From contig OZ250169.1 in the NCBI GenBank assembly GCA_965237955.1, positions 1,952,001 through 2,016,000 on the forward strand: a stretch of DNA of 64,000 bases, given 5' to 3'. The translations under genes were made by a program, and so were the position numbers. This document shows positions 50,231 to 59,833 of the stretch, in pieces. The DNA comes from Candidatus Marinacidobacterales bacterium. Its GTDB lineage: Bacteria > Acidobacteriota > Vicinamibacteria > Marinacidobacterales > SMYC01. How positions within the stretch are numbered: position 1 is the first letter of the stretch; each line of letters opens with the position of its first letter. A model generated the notes under the pieces. It was not told the origin of the DNA. It saw nothing but the letters and a program-made list of their open reading frames with translations, and made no database searches.

Positions 50231-51634
50231 GTGACTGAAGCAGGGACGATCCTCGTCATCGATGACGAAGAAGTCATGCGCGAGATCCTCGAGTCCGTTC
50301 TCAGCTCCGAGGGCTATCGAGTCAAGCTAGCGGCTACCGGTGAGCAGGGGCGCGAAATAGCCGCTCGCGAGCCCATCGAACTTGCCATCGTCGACGTGAT
50401 GCTTCCCGATGGGTCCGGCATCGACGTGCTCGACGAGCTGAAGAAGTCCGACCCCGAGCTGGTCGCGATCGTGATTACCGCGTTCGCTTCGATCGAAACC
50501 GGCATCGAGGCGATGAAGCGCGGCGCGTTCGACTATGTGATGAAGCCGTTCAACAACGACGAGCTGCGCGTCGTCGTGGCGAACGGGATGAAACAGCGCC
50601 GGCTCGTCGACGAGAACCGCACGCTCAAGGCCGCGTTGATCGACCGTCAACGCTTCGACGTTCTCGTGGGCAAGTCGCCCCGCATGCAAGAGGTCTACTC
50701 GCTAATCCAGCAAGTCGCGCCTTCCAAGAGCACGGTCTTGATTTCCGGTGAAAGCGGCACCGGTAAAGAGCTCGTCGCCAAAGCGATTCACAACCACAGC
50801 CCGCGGAAGCTGAAACACTTCGTCACCGTGAACTCGGGGAGTCTTCCGCCGGATCTGCTGGAGAGCAACCTGTTCGGGCACGTCAAGGGCGCCTTCACCG
50901 GTGCAGTGAGCCCCAAGAAAGGGCTTTTCGAGATCGCCGATGGCGGCAGTATCTTCCTCGACGAGATCGGCACCGTGCCGCTGGAAACACAAGCGAAGCT
51001 CCTCCGCGTCATTCAAGAAAAGGAGTTCATGCGTCTTGGGGGCGTCGACACCATACGCGTCGACGTTCGTATCATCGCCGCCACCAACAGCGATCTCAAA
51101 GAGCTCGTCGTCGACGGTCTGTTCCGGGAAGATCTCTTCTACCGATTGAACGTCATCAACGTCGGCCTTCCGCCGCTCCGCCAACGCAGAGAGGACATCA
51201 CGCTTCTCGCCCAGCACTTTCTCAAGAAATACGGCGACGAGAACGAACGCCCGGATCTCGAGCTTTCCTCCGAATCGGTTCAAACCCTGCTCGGCTACGA
51301 TTGGCCGGGGAACGTCCGCGAGCTCGAGAACGTCATCGAGCGTTCCGTCGTTCTTGCCAATGGTCCCGTCGTCGATCGACGATTGATTCCCGAGCACGTT
51401 CGCTCAGGTCCATCGTTTCGGCTGCCGCAGGTCGTCGTGCCCGAAGAGGGCATCTCGTTCCGCGACGTCATCACCGGTTTCGAGAAGCGGCTCATCGAAT
51501 CGAGCCTCGAAACTTCCGGTGGAGTTCAGAAAAAGGCGGCCCAGTTGCTCGGTCTGAAGCCGACGACGCTGAACGAAATGATCAAGCGCTACAACATCAC
51601 CTTGGAGAGGAAAGAGCCCTCTTCCACGCGGTGA
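50231..51634 (+). CDS. Sigma54-dependent (NtrC family) response regulator
   Basis: REC domain, GESGTGKE, GAFTGA, FLDEIG, WPGNVRELEN and a Fis-type HTH. Confidence 0.96.
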   Translation: MTEAGTILVIDDEEVMREILESVLSSEGYRVKLAATGEQGREIAAREPIELAIVDVMLPDGSGIDVLDELKKSDPELVAIVITAFASIETGIEAMKRGAFDYVMKPFNNDELRVVVANGMKQRRLVDENRTLKAALIDRQRFDVLVGKSPRMQEVYSLIQQVAPSKSTVLISGESGTGKELVAKAIHNHSPRKLKHFVTVNSGSLPPDLLESNLFGHVKGAFTGAVSPKKGLFEIADGGSIFLDEIGTVPLETQAKLLRVIQEKEFMRLGGVDTIRVDVRIIAATNSDLKELVVDGLFREDLFYRLNVINVGLPPLRQRREDITLLAQHFLKKYGDENERPDLELSSESVQTLLGYDWPGNVRELENVIERSVVLANGPVVDRRLIPEHVRSGPSFRLPQVVVPEEGISFRDVITGFEKRLIESSLETSGGVQKKAAQLLGLKPTTLNEMIKRYNITLERKEPSSTR

Positions 51635-51775
51635 GCGCATTGGTCTTGCTCACTGCTTTTCTGTTCTCTCTGCTGTCACTCGAGCTCGATGGTGAGCAAC
51701 GTGCAGTCAAAGCGCGTCTCGCGCACTACGATGCGGATCCCGGAGCTCGCTGACACTCGCGCAAACGACAACACC

Positions 51776-52204
51776 GTGGCCTTCACTAGCATTCAAAAGA
51801 TCCGGTTCGACGACGTGGACGGTGCCGGCATCGTCTACTATCCGCAGTTTTTCCACTTGTGCCACGCCGCGTTCGAAGACTTCTTCGATTCGGCGGCTCC
51901 GATGTCGTACCCTCAACTCGTCGGGGAGCGACGGCTGGGCTTTCCGACGGTTGCGATCCAGAGTGAGTTTCATGCGCCGTTGTCGTACGGTGACATTGCT
52001 ATCGTGGAGTTGTCGGTTAGCGAGATTGGTAACTCATCGTTGAAGCTCGGTTACGATATCCGGCGCAAGCGCGACGGAGCGCTTTGCTTTCATGGTGATA
52101 TCACTACGGTGCTGGTTGATTTGGATACGCTGAAGCCCGTCGGGATCGATTCTGAGCTAAGGAGGATTTTGGAGCAGTTTTTGTCGGGCTCGGGCTCGGG
52201 GTAA
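51776..52204 (+). CDS. 4HBT-like acyl-CoA thioesterase
   Basis: IRFDDVDGAGIVYY and F.APL.YGD hotdog-fold pattern. Confidence 0.85.
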   Translation: MAFTSIQKIRFDDVDGAGIVYYPQFFHLCHAAFEDFFDSAAPMSYPQLVGERRLGFPTVAIQSEFHAPLSYGDIAIVELSVSEIGNSSLKLGYDIRRKRDGALCFHGDITTVLVDLDTLKPVGIDSELRRILEQFLSGSGSG

Positions 52205-52213
52205 CTCCTAGTT

Positions 52214-53125
52214 TTAGGGGAGCGATGATAGGGCGGATTGGGCCATTTGGGCTTGGGGGCTTTCGGGGGCTACTTCCACGGTCTTTTGGAACGCGGCTTT
52301 GGCAGAATCCAGGTCGCCGGTGTTCAGGTACGCGTAGCCCAATTTCAGATGCGCGTCTGGCCAGTCCGGCTTGTATTCAGTCGCGACCCGATAAAACTCG
52401 ACGGCCTTCGCCGCGTTTTGTTGGTTGAAGTACATCTCGGCAACGTTGAACGGCACGATGGCGTCGGTCGTTTGACCAACGGCTTTCTCGAAGTACTCCA
52501 CCGCTTCGTCGAGCTTCTGCTGCGAGACGAGCATGTCGCCGACGCCGATGAGGGCGCCGGCGTGGCTTGCGTCCTCGGCAAGGACTTTTTCGAACTGCGC
52601 CAGAGCGGCATCGTAGTCACCCATCTCGCGATAAGCGATCGCGATGAACTCGTGCGTCTGGTAGAACGATGGCTGGGCCACGAGGAGCTCTTCGTACTTC
52701 GCGATGGCTTCTGAGTATTGCTCTTGCTTCAGAAGCTCGTTGGCCTCGTTGAGGAGCGCCTCGCTTCTCACCAGGGGATCGACCGCTACTACCAGCGGGA
52801 TGAGCACGACGTCCGCCATCTCGTTCGCCCCCAACGTTCGAACCGATCTTTTCTCGATCTTCAGCTCATAGCCCTCGGCTTGGAAATTGAAGTCGTAGGT
52901 TCCCGCGCGGAAGCCAATGAGGGCCCACCGACCGTCCTCATGGCTCGTTCCTGTGAGCTTCTTGCCGCTCTGGAGGAAGACGGTGATGACTGCCCCTTCG
53001 ATGGCGTTTCCTGCAGCGTCGGTGATCTTGCCGTTGACGCGCCCGGTGCCCATTTGCGCGAGCGCGACCCCGGTCGCGACGAGCAGAACCAACGAAACGG
53101 GAAGAGCGAGTTTTCTGATAGGCAT
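52214..53125 (-). CDS. Secreted protein with a carboxypeptidase-regulatory-like domain and TPR repeats
   Basis: Signal peptide, G.ITDAAGNAIEGA and about five TPR motifs. Confidence 0.85.
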   Translation of the reverse strand: MPIRKLALPVSLVLLVATGVALAQMGTGRVNGKITDAAGNAIEGAVITVFLQSGKKLTGTSHEDGRWALIGFRAGTYDFNFQAEGYELKIEKRSVRTLGANEMADVVLIPLVVAVDPLVRSEALLNEANELLKQEQYSEAIAKYEELLVAQPSFYQTHEFIAIAYREMGDYDAALAQFEKVLAEDASHAGALIGVGDMLVSQQKLDEAVEYFEKAVGQTTDAIVPFNVAEMYFNQQNAAKAVEFYRVATEYKPDWPDAHLKLGYAYLNTGDLDSAKAAFQKTVEVAPESPQAQMAQSALSSLP

Positions 53126-53275
53126 GAAACGTCTCCAGTGTATAAGGCCTCGCCAACATTATAGATCAGGTGGCCGCCGTTTTCGTTCTCGCGCTGGCGC
53201 GCGCTCGTTGGGGGGAGTCTCTTCCCAGAACCCATTGACCTCAAACAACTTGCTGTGCTAGCGTGACATTCGATT

Positions 53276-53869
53276 ATGGGAGCACACAAAGAACCACCGA
53301 AAGAAAATGCAGAGCTCGAAGGCTCGATTCGAGAATTCAACGTCTCGGACATCGTTCAGTTTTTGAGCGGATCCGAGAAAACCGGGAAGCTCCGCCTCAG
53401 GGCGAGTCAATCGGGCGCCGAAGGTTCGATCCTATTCGCCGAAGGAACGGTCGTCCATGCCGAGCTGGGCGGCTCGGTGGGGGAAGACGCGTTTTTCGAT
53501 CTAATGCTTTGGGGCGAGGGACAGTTCGCGTTCGAGCCCGATGTCGAGCCGACGGAGAAAACGGTTTGCCAAAGCAGCACCAACCTTCTTCTGGAAGGGG
53601 CGCGGCGAAAGGACGAATGGAGCGTGCTGTCGCGCCACATTCCGGATATGGGACTCGTCCCCGAGTTCGTGCTTCCGGACGACAACGAGACCGGCCAGCA
53701 GATTACGTTGAACACGAGCGAATGGGTCGTTCTCTCGAAAATCGACGGCCAGCGGAATCTGAAGGAGGTTGCCGAGGCGGCAAACATTTCCGAGTACAAC
53801 ACGTGTCGGCTTCTCTATCCTCTCGTCGCGAACAAGCTCATCCGACTTCGCTCCCGTCGAGAGCCTTGA
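53276..53869 (+). CDS. DUF4388 (PATAN-like) domain protein
   Basis: LEGSIREF...IVQFL....KTGKL, G.I.F..G.VVHA, W..G.F.F and LLLEGARRKDE. Confidence 0.85.
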   Translation: MGAHKEPPKENAELEGSIREFNVSDIVQFLSGSEKTGKLRLRASQSGAEGSILFAEGTVVHAELGGSVGEDAFFDLMLWGEGQFAFEPDVEPTEKTVCQSSTNLLLEGARRKDEWSVLSRHIPDMGLVPEFVLPDDNETGQQITLNTSEWVVLSKIDGQRNLKEVAEAANISEYNTCRLLYPLVANKLIRLRSRREP

Positions 53870-54897
53870 CTCTCGAGCGCGATCGTTTCCTGAAGGCGTG
53901 CCGCCGCGAGCGCACCGACTGCACTCCGGTGTGGTTCATGCGCCAAGCGGGCCGCTACCTGGCGGAGTACCGCGAGCTTCGACGCCGCCACACGCTTCTC
54001 GAGATTTGTAGAACGCCCGAGCTAGCCGTCGAAGTCACTCTGCAGCCCATCGACCGCCTCGGTGTCGACGCCGCCATCTTGTTTTCCGACCTCCTCATCC
54101 CGCTTATGCCTCTGGGAATCGACTTCGACTTCGTTCAAGGGGAAGGACCCCAAATCTCGAACCCGATTCGATCGGAAAGCGACATCGATGCGCTCCGTCC
54201 CGTCGAGCCGCGCGAGTCGATGGCGTTCACGTTCGATGCGATCCGAGCTCTGCGTCGAGAGCTGACCGTGCCCCTCATTGGTTTCGCGGGCGCTCCGTTC
54301 ACGTTGGCGTCTTATGCCATCGAGGGCGGACCGTCCAAGAACTTCGAGAGAACGAAAGCGCTGATGTACGAAAACCCACGGGGCTGGCACCGACTTCTCG
54401 AAAAGCTCAGCGTTTGCATCAAAGACTATTTGACGGCGCAAATCGAAGCAGGTGCTCAAGCGATCCAGCTCTTCGATTCCTGGGTCGGTGCGCTCGCGCC
54501 GTCGGACTACCGTGAGCTCGTCGCACCGCACACGCGCGCGATCCTCGAATCTCTCGGCGGGCTCGACGTGCCCCGAATTCACTTCGGCACGGGCACGACG
54601 GGCATTCTGGAAGAATTGAAGCCTGGTAGTGACGTCGTGGGGCTCGACTGGCGTGTCGATCTAGATCGTGGTTGGGACATCTTGGGTTCCGACGTTGCCG
54701 TTCAGGGCAATCTGGATCCGTTGGCGCTTTTTGCCCCCCGCGACGTGTTGATGGCGAAAGCTGACGTGGTCCTTGAGCGGGCACGCGGGCGCCCGGGTCA
54801 CATCTTCAATCTTGGTCACGGGATTCTGCCGACAACGCCCGTCGAGAATGTGGCCGCACTCGTCGCGCACATCCATCAGGCGACGAGCTCGAGCTGA
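53866..54897 (+). CDS. hemE: Uroporphyrinogen decarboxylase
   Basis: PVWFMRQAGRYL, AILFSD, GAPFTLASY, QGNLDP and FNLGHG. Confidence 0.97.
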   Translation: MTLERDRFLKACRRERTDCTPVWFMRQAGRYLAEYRELRRRHTLLEICRTPELAVEVTLQPIDRLGVDAAILFSDLLIPLMPLGIDFDFVQGEGPQISNPIRSESDIDALRPVEPRESMAFTFDAIRALRRELTVPLIGFAGAPFTLASYAIEGGPSKNFERTKALMYENPRGWHRLLEKLSVCIKDYLTAQIEAGAQAIQLFDSWVGALAPSDYRELVAPHTRAILESLGGLDVPRIHFGTGTTGILEELKPGSDVVGLDWRVDLDRGWDILGSDVAVQGNLDPLALFAPRDVLMAKADVVLERARGRPGHIFNLGHGILPTTPVENVAALVAHIHQATSSS

Positions 54898-56270
54898 TGC
54901 GCTCGACGAGCGTTTTGATCGCAGGTGGAGGTGTGTCCGGGCTGACGGCAGCCTACGACCTCGGACGCCACGGCGTCGACGCCGTCGTTGTCGAACGCGC
55001 CCGACGTTTGGGAGGTCTCGTTTCGACCGACGCCCGGGATGGGTTCGTGATGGACGCCGGTCCCGATGCGTTCCTGACGCAAAAGCCGCAAGCGACCGAG
55101 CTGTGCCGAGAGCTCGGCCTCGGCGACGAAATGATCTCCACCAATCCGGATCAACAAAAAGTCTACATCCTTCACGGCGGGACATTGCACGCACTCCCTC
55201 GAGGAATGCGGTTGACGGTACCGACGCGGTGGCTTCCGCTCATCGCCTCGGGCCTGTTCACGTGGCGAGGCAAGCTTCGCATGCTGCGCGAGCGGTGGAT
55301 ACCGCCGCGTTCGGGAGAGAGTGAAGAATCGGTCGAGAGTTTCATGGTGCGACGTTTTGGAGGGGAGTCGTACGAGCGTGTCGGCGAGCCTTTGCTCGCG
55401 GGGATCCACTGCGGCGATGGGGAGCGGCTGTCGATGGATTTCCTGTTTCCGCGACTCGTCGCCATGGAAGAGCGTTTCGGAAGCGTGACCCGCGGGATGG
55501 CCGCGGCCGGTGCGGGCGGCACGGCGTTCGCGTCGCTGGCCGGTGGCATGGGCCGATTGATCGAAGCGCTCTCAGGCGAGCTCCCCGACGACAATGTCCT
55601 GCTCGAAGAAGCGGTCGAGGACGTGCGCCTCGAGGACGGGCGTTTCGTCGCGAACTTGACCTCGGGAGAAACGATCCACGCGAAGGTCGTGGTGCTGGCT
55701 CTCCCGATCTACGCGACGCGTGGGTTGGTGCGACGCCGGTTCCCGGCCGTGGCCGAAATCCTCGAGCGCATCCAGACGGTGTCTTCCGCCGTGGTCTTTC
55801 ACGCCTTTGCCAAAGACGACGTGCGGCATCCGCTCGACGGCTACGGCTTCGTCGTGCCGCAAGGGGAGCCGAACCGGTTGCTCGCTGCGACGTTCGTGAC
55901 CACGAAGTTTCCCGGACGTGCGCCCGATGACAGCGTTCTGATCCGAACGTTTCTCGGCGGGCTCCACGATCTGGATGCGGTGTCGCTTTCCGACGATGAG
56001 CTCGTCGCGCTGTCACGACGCGAGCTCGCGCGCGCGGTTGGGCTTTTGGGAGAGCCGAAGTTCTCGAAAGTTTTTCGCTGGCTAGACCGCACCCCGCAAG
56101 TCGAGCTCGGCCACAGCAAGATCCTGGAGGAGCTCGACGAGGAGCTCACGCGGATTCCTGGCCTCTACGTGCTGGGAAACGGCCTCAAAAGTGTAGGAAT
56201 CCCCGACTGCATCGGCCAAGCAAGAGAGACAGCAAAGCAAATCGCTGCGTTCATGGAAAGCGGCGGGTGA
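54897..56270 (+). CDS. hemY: Protoporphyrinogen/coproporphyrinogen oxidase (HemY type)
   Basis: GGGVSGL, RLGG, GPDAF, EPLLAGI, GYGFVVP, KFPGRAP and GIPDCI. Confidence 0.92.
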   Translation: MRSTSVLIAGGGVSGLTAAYDLGRHGVDAVVVERARRLGGLVSTDARDGFVMDAGPDAFLTQKPQATELCRELGLGDEMISTNPDQQKVYILHGGTLHALPRGMRLTVPTRWLPLIASGLFTWRGKLRMLRERWIPPRSGESEESVESFMVRRFGGESYERVGEPLLAGIHCGDGERLSMDFLFPRLVAMEERFGSVTRGMAAAGAGGTAFASLAGGMGRLIEALSGELPDDNVLLEEAVEDVRLEDGRFVANLTSGETIHAKVVVLALPIYATRGLVRRRFPAVAEILERIQTVSSAVVFHAFAKDDVRHPLDGYGFVVPQGEPNRLLAATFVTTKFPGRAPDDSVLIRTFLGGLHDLDAVSLSDDELVALSRRELARAVGLLGEPKFSKVFRWLDRTPQVELGHSKILEELDEELTRIPGLYVLGNGLKSVGIPDCIGQARETAKQIAAFMESGG

Positions 56271-56283
56271 CCGGCAAAAAAAA

Positions 56284-56357
56284 TGGCTGGGAAGCAGGGA
56301 TTCGAACCCCGATTCCACGGTCCAGAGCCGTGTGTCCTGCCGTTGGACGACTTCCCA
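56284..56357 (-). tRNA. tRNA-Gln(CTG)
   Basis: TGGGAAG acceptor stem, CACGG-CT-CTG-GA-CCGTG anticodon arm, GGTTCGAATCC and encoded CCA. Confidence 0.96.
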
Positions 56358-56446
56358 GAAATCTCAAGCTTGGCTTCGGCTTGGCAGCCGAGTGATCGTC
56401 AGAGTACCGATCGCCCGGCGCTTTGTCAAAAAGTTGCGATGAAGTG

Positions 56447-56541
56447 TGGCGGAGAGGGAGGGATTCGAACCCTCGACACAGGCTCATCACCCGTGTAACT
56501 GCTTAGCAGGCAGCCCTGTTCAGCCACTCCAGCACCTCTCC
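56447..56541 (-). tRNA. tRNA-Ser(GCT)
   Basis: GGAGAGG acceptor stem, CTGC-CT-GCT-AA-GCAG anticodon arm, long variable arm, GGTTCGAATCC and CCA. Confidence 0.96.
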
Positions 56542-56642
56542 GCTTGATGGACGCCCGGGCCTCGGCAGGCAGTTCATACTACAATGCCCAAACGAAAAAA
56601 CAAACCACGGAGAAACAGAGAAAAACGCGGCGGTGAAAAAGG

Positions 56643-57866
56643 GTGACTGATTCGCTGCCGAGGTTGCGGGGTGACATCGATGTCATGCCGTCCCCGCTTC
56701 CCGAGCAGCCGGGGCTCTTGTTGCGAGACCCGTTCCTTTACACCGAACACATCCTTGTGATCCCTCCGACGTGGGTTGTCGTCCTTCAATGCCTCGACGG
56801 AGCCCACTCCGCCCTCGACGCCCAAGCGATCCTCACCCGTCTTGCCGGGGGCCAAATCGTCGCCCGGGAGGAAGTGGAGCAATTCGTCTCGGTTTTGAAC
56901 GAGGCCGGCTACATCGAGGGCGACGAGCTGGACGAGCTGAAAGAGCGCCGCCACGAAGAGTTCCGGCTCGCTCCGATCCGAGAAGCGACCCACGCCGGCT
57001 CGGCCTATCCCGCGGAGCGCGACGACATCGATACGCTGTTCTCGAAACGAATTTCGAAGGCCGAGGATTCGGATACGCCATGGCCGCTCGCGCTCGCGGC
57101 GCCCCACGTTTCGCCTGAAGGCGGGTTCGCGTCCTACCAGGCAGCGTACCAGCTCCCGCCGGTCGCGGAGGAAACCACGTTCGTCGTCTTGGGGACGTCA
57201 CACTACGGAGCGCCCGAGCGCTTCGGCACGAGCACGAAACCGTTTCGCACTCCTCTCGGGACCGCGGAGGTCGACCGGAAGGCGCTTCGCGACTTCGTGT
57301 CGCTCGCGGGAGACGCGGTTGTCGAAGAAGACTATTGCCATCGCGCCGAGCATTCGATCGAGATGCAAGTTCTCTTTCTTCAACACCAGCTCGCGCACCC
57401 GTTCAAGATTGTCCCGATTCTCTGTGGCCCTTTTGTCGAAAGCTTGAAGACCGGGAAGCCTCCAGAGAGCATCGATGGAAACCGGCGCGTGTTCGACGCG
57501 CTGGCCGAGCTCCACGCGAAGCGCAACAACCTCGTTTGGGTACTCGGTGTGGACATGGCTCACATCGGAACGCGCTACGGCGACCGCGAGACCGCACGCG
57601 CGGGAGAGGGCGTGATGGAGGAAGTTGCCGAAAAAGACCAACGCCGACTCGAGCGCATCTGTAAGGGCGACGCGGAGGGATTCTTCGACCTCGTCCATCC
57701 CGGCGGCGACGAGCTCAACTGGTGCGGCTACGCACCGATCTATACGTTTCTAAGATCGGTCGGCGCGGCCGTGAAGCTGAAGGGCGACGTCCGCGCGTAC
57801 GAGCAGTGGAACATCGACGATAGCTCCGTGGTCACGTTTGGGGCGGTGCATTTTTTCGCCCGCTGA
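56643..57866 (+). CDS. MEMO1 family protein (AmmeMemoRadiSam protein B) with an N-terminal extension
   Basis: HAGSAYP, APH, LGTSH, TPLG, HRAEHSIEMQ, DMAHIG and WCG. Confidence 0.88.
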   Translation: MTDSLPRLRGDIDVMPSPLPEQPGLLLRDPFLYTEHILVIPPTWVVVLQCLDGAHSALDAQAILTRLAGGQIVAREEVEQFVSVLNEAGYIEGDELDELKERRHEEFRLAPIREATHAGSAYPAERDDIDTLFSKRISKAEDSDTPWPLALAAPHVSPEGGFASYQAAYQLPPVAEETTFVVLGTSHYGAPERFGTSTKPFRTPLGTAEVDRKALRDFVSLAGDAVVEEDYCHRAEHSIEMQVLFLQHQLAHPFKIVPILCGPFVESLKTGKPPESIDGNRRVFDALAELHAKRNNLVWVLGVDMAHIGTRYGDRETARAGEGVMEEVAEKDQRRLERICKGDAEGFFDLVHPGGDELNWCGYAPIYTFLRSVGAAVKLKGDVRAYEQWNIDDSSVVTFGAVHFFAR

Positions 57867-57889
57867 ACAGTTCGGCTATCAGCCGTCCG

Positions 57890-58126
57890 CTATCCGCTTT
57901 CCGCCACAGGACGCAGCAACTCCTCGGCGCGATCGGATACCTCGGTCCTGCCGCATCGGTGGCCCCCAATTCCATGGATCGGCGGGCGCTCCGCGCGCTC
58001 GACCTCCTCGATGTATCTGCGTAGAGCCTCCCGGATCAGCGCGGCTTGACTCCTTCCCTCGACAGCAGCTCGGTGACGGAGCGCGACGGCGACTTCCTTG
58101 TCGACGTAAAGCGATTGTTTCTCCTG
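57890..58126 (-). pseudogene. CopG/ribbon-helix-helix antitoxin-like gene lacking a start codon
   Basis: EKQSLYVDKEVAVALRHRAAVEGRSQAALIREALRRY...GIG...GRTEVSDRAEELL; CAG sits where ATG is expected after GAGGAG. Confidence 0.7.
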
Positions 58127-58176
58127 CTCGAGCTCCTCGTTCTCTCGCTGCAGGAATCCGTTGGATGGCGGCCGCG

Positions 58177-58350
58177 CTACTTGCCAGGCGGAACAGAGCC
58201 GAGCGCGAGGAACATCGGCGTCGGCTGGGGTCTTTGCGCGGCGGCTCCCTCGACAACTTCCAACGTCATGAAACCGTAGCGCTGGTAGAACGCCACTGCG
58301 TCGCGCTTTGCGTCCACGAGAAGGCCGACACAGCCGAGCTCCTCCATCAT
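58177..58350 (-). pseudogene. C-terminal fragment of a GNAT acetyltransferase (TA toxin type)
   Basis: ELGCVGLLVDAKRDAVAFYQRYGF...PTPMFL; an in-frame TAA lies directly upstream. Confidence 0.7.
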
Positions 58351-58615
58351 TTAGGTTCTATGTAAATCTAACCCCGATTCAGTTCAGGAGCGCCTCGTCC
58401 CGCCCTCAAATTTAGTGGACCGCGGGCCCAGAACTGACCGATCGGCGGGACGATTTTGGGTCCGCGAACGGCTCCGTGAGTGTGTAGAAAGGAAACAGAT
58501 AAATCTCTTTAAGTATCTGTATCTATTGATTTTGTGGATGTGCCTAATTTGACATTCACTTGTTATTCACCTACAATTGAATCTTCTTGGGAACAGTGAT
58601 TTTAGGAGGACGGTG

Positions 58616-59833
58616 ATGGCGAGCCCGGCTACTGCTGCTGCGAAGTGTCTGCTCACGGAAAAAGACCTCGAGATGGAGCGAGGGTTGAAAGCGATGGACG
58701 TCCACGGTCGGCTCGTCCTCCTGGCACGCGTGGAGCTGAGGGTCGAATCCGCGCTGTGCTTCTACCTTCAGGAAGTCGAAGAGCGAGGGCTCTACATCGA
58801 CTACGGCCACGCCTGCACGGTCGACTACGCACGCGAGTGTCTCGGCTTCGAGGACCGGAAGACCCGAACGCTTCTGCATCTAGCCCGTCGCTTCAAAGAA
58901 CTGCCGAAGATGAAAGAGTCCTTCAGCCGTGGCGAGATCCCGTATACGAAAGCGAGGGAGGTGGTGAAAGTCGCCACCGCGAAGAACGAAGATGAATGGA
59001 TCGACAAGTGCAAGACGCTGAGCAACCGCCAGCTCGAACAAGCGGTCAAGAAAGTGCTGCCACCGCAAAAGACGAGAAAGCTCGTGCTCGTCCTCGACGA
59101 AGAGCGCATCGAGACGTGGGAGCGGACGCGCGAAGCGATGGAGAAACCCGCGGGCAAAACGCTCACCGAGATCGAAGTCTTCGATCTCACGTGTGCCGAG
59201 TCGCTGTGCACGCACGATCTCACCCCGCCCTTGGGCGACCCCGAGGCGCCGATGGGCGGCTACGTCGCCAAAGTCATCGAGCGGGATGGATTCCGCTGTC
59301 AGCGGCCCGGTTGCAGCAATCGAACCGCGCTGACTGGTAGCCATATCGAATCGCGCGCGCGGTGCGGCTCGGAAGAACCGGTGAACATTCTCACGCTCTG
59401 CATGGTGTGTCATAGCGCGATCGAACGAGGGTCGCTGAAGGCGACCGGCCGCGCGCCGGACCAGATCAGGTGGGAAGGGCCGTTTGGTGTGATCGAAGAG
59501 CCGCTCGAAACCGCGAGTGAGGAAGTCAGCTCCGGCGGCGCTCGTTACGAAGACATAGGCGACGCGAGTGACGAGAGTATTGTTGCGCCAATGGTAAGAG
59601 AAACGCCGCCGGGCTATGGGAACCCAATCCGTGACTCACGTGAGTCATCGCTACCGAAGCTGAGCGGCGAGCTTGAAGAGGGTACGCTCGAGCCGATCTC
59701 GTGCGGGAAGCGTGTGAGGACGACCGAGAAAACATGCCGAGAACGGGTGAAACGTCGATACGACGCGGCGGGGGACGGCGTGACTCACGTGAGTCATGGA
59801 TCGAGTCCAGGGATGGTTGGACGTGCTTGGTAA
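58616..59833 (+). CDS. HNH endonuclease-domain protein with a DUF222-like N-terminus; HNH motif partly degenerate
   Basis: YARECLG...F..LP...FSRGEIPYTKAREV; ERDGFRCQRPGC...SHI...VNILTLC..CH; AGGAGG RBS. Confidence 0.75.
   Translation: MASPATAAAKCLLTEKDLEMERGLKAMDVHGRLVLLARVELRVESALCFYLQEVEERGLYIDYGHACTVDYARECLGFEDRKTRTLLHLARRFKELPKMKESFSRGEIPYTKAREVVKVATAKNEDEWIDKCKTLSNRQLEQAVKKVLPPQKTRKLVLVLDEERIETWERTREAMEKPAGKTLTEIEVFDLTCAESLCTHDLTPPLGDPEAPMGGYVAKVIERDGFRCQRPGCSNRTALTGSHIESRARCGSEEPVNILTLCMVCHSAIERGSLKATGRAPDQIRWEGPFGVIEEPLETASEEVSSGGARYEDIGDASDESIVAPMVRETPPGYGNPIRDSRESSLPKLSGELEEGTLEPISCGKRVRTTEKTCRERVKRRYDAAGDGVTHVSHGSSPGMVGRAW

Noticed and set aside
58497-58535. AT-rich tract upstream of the second HNH gene as a recombination site
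   Set aside because: No clear inverted core or partner site; adequately explained as promoter sequence.
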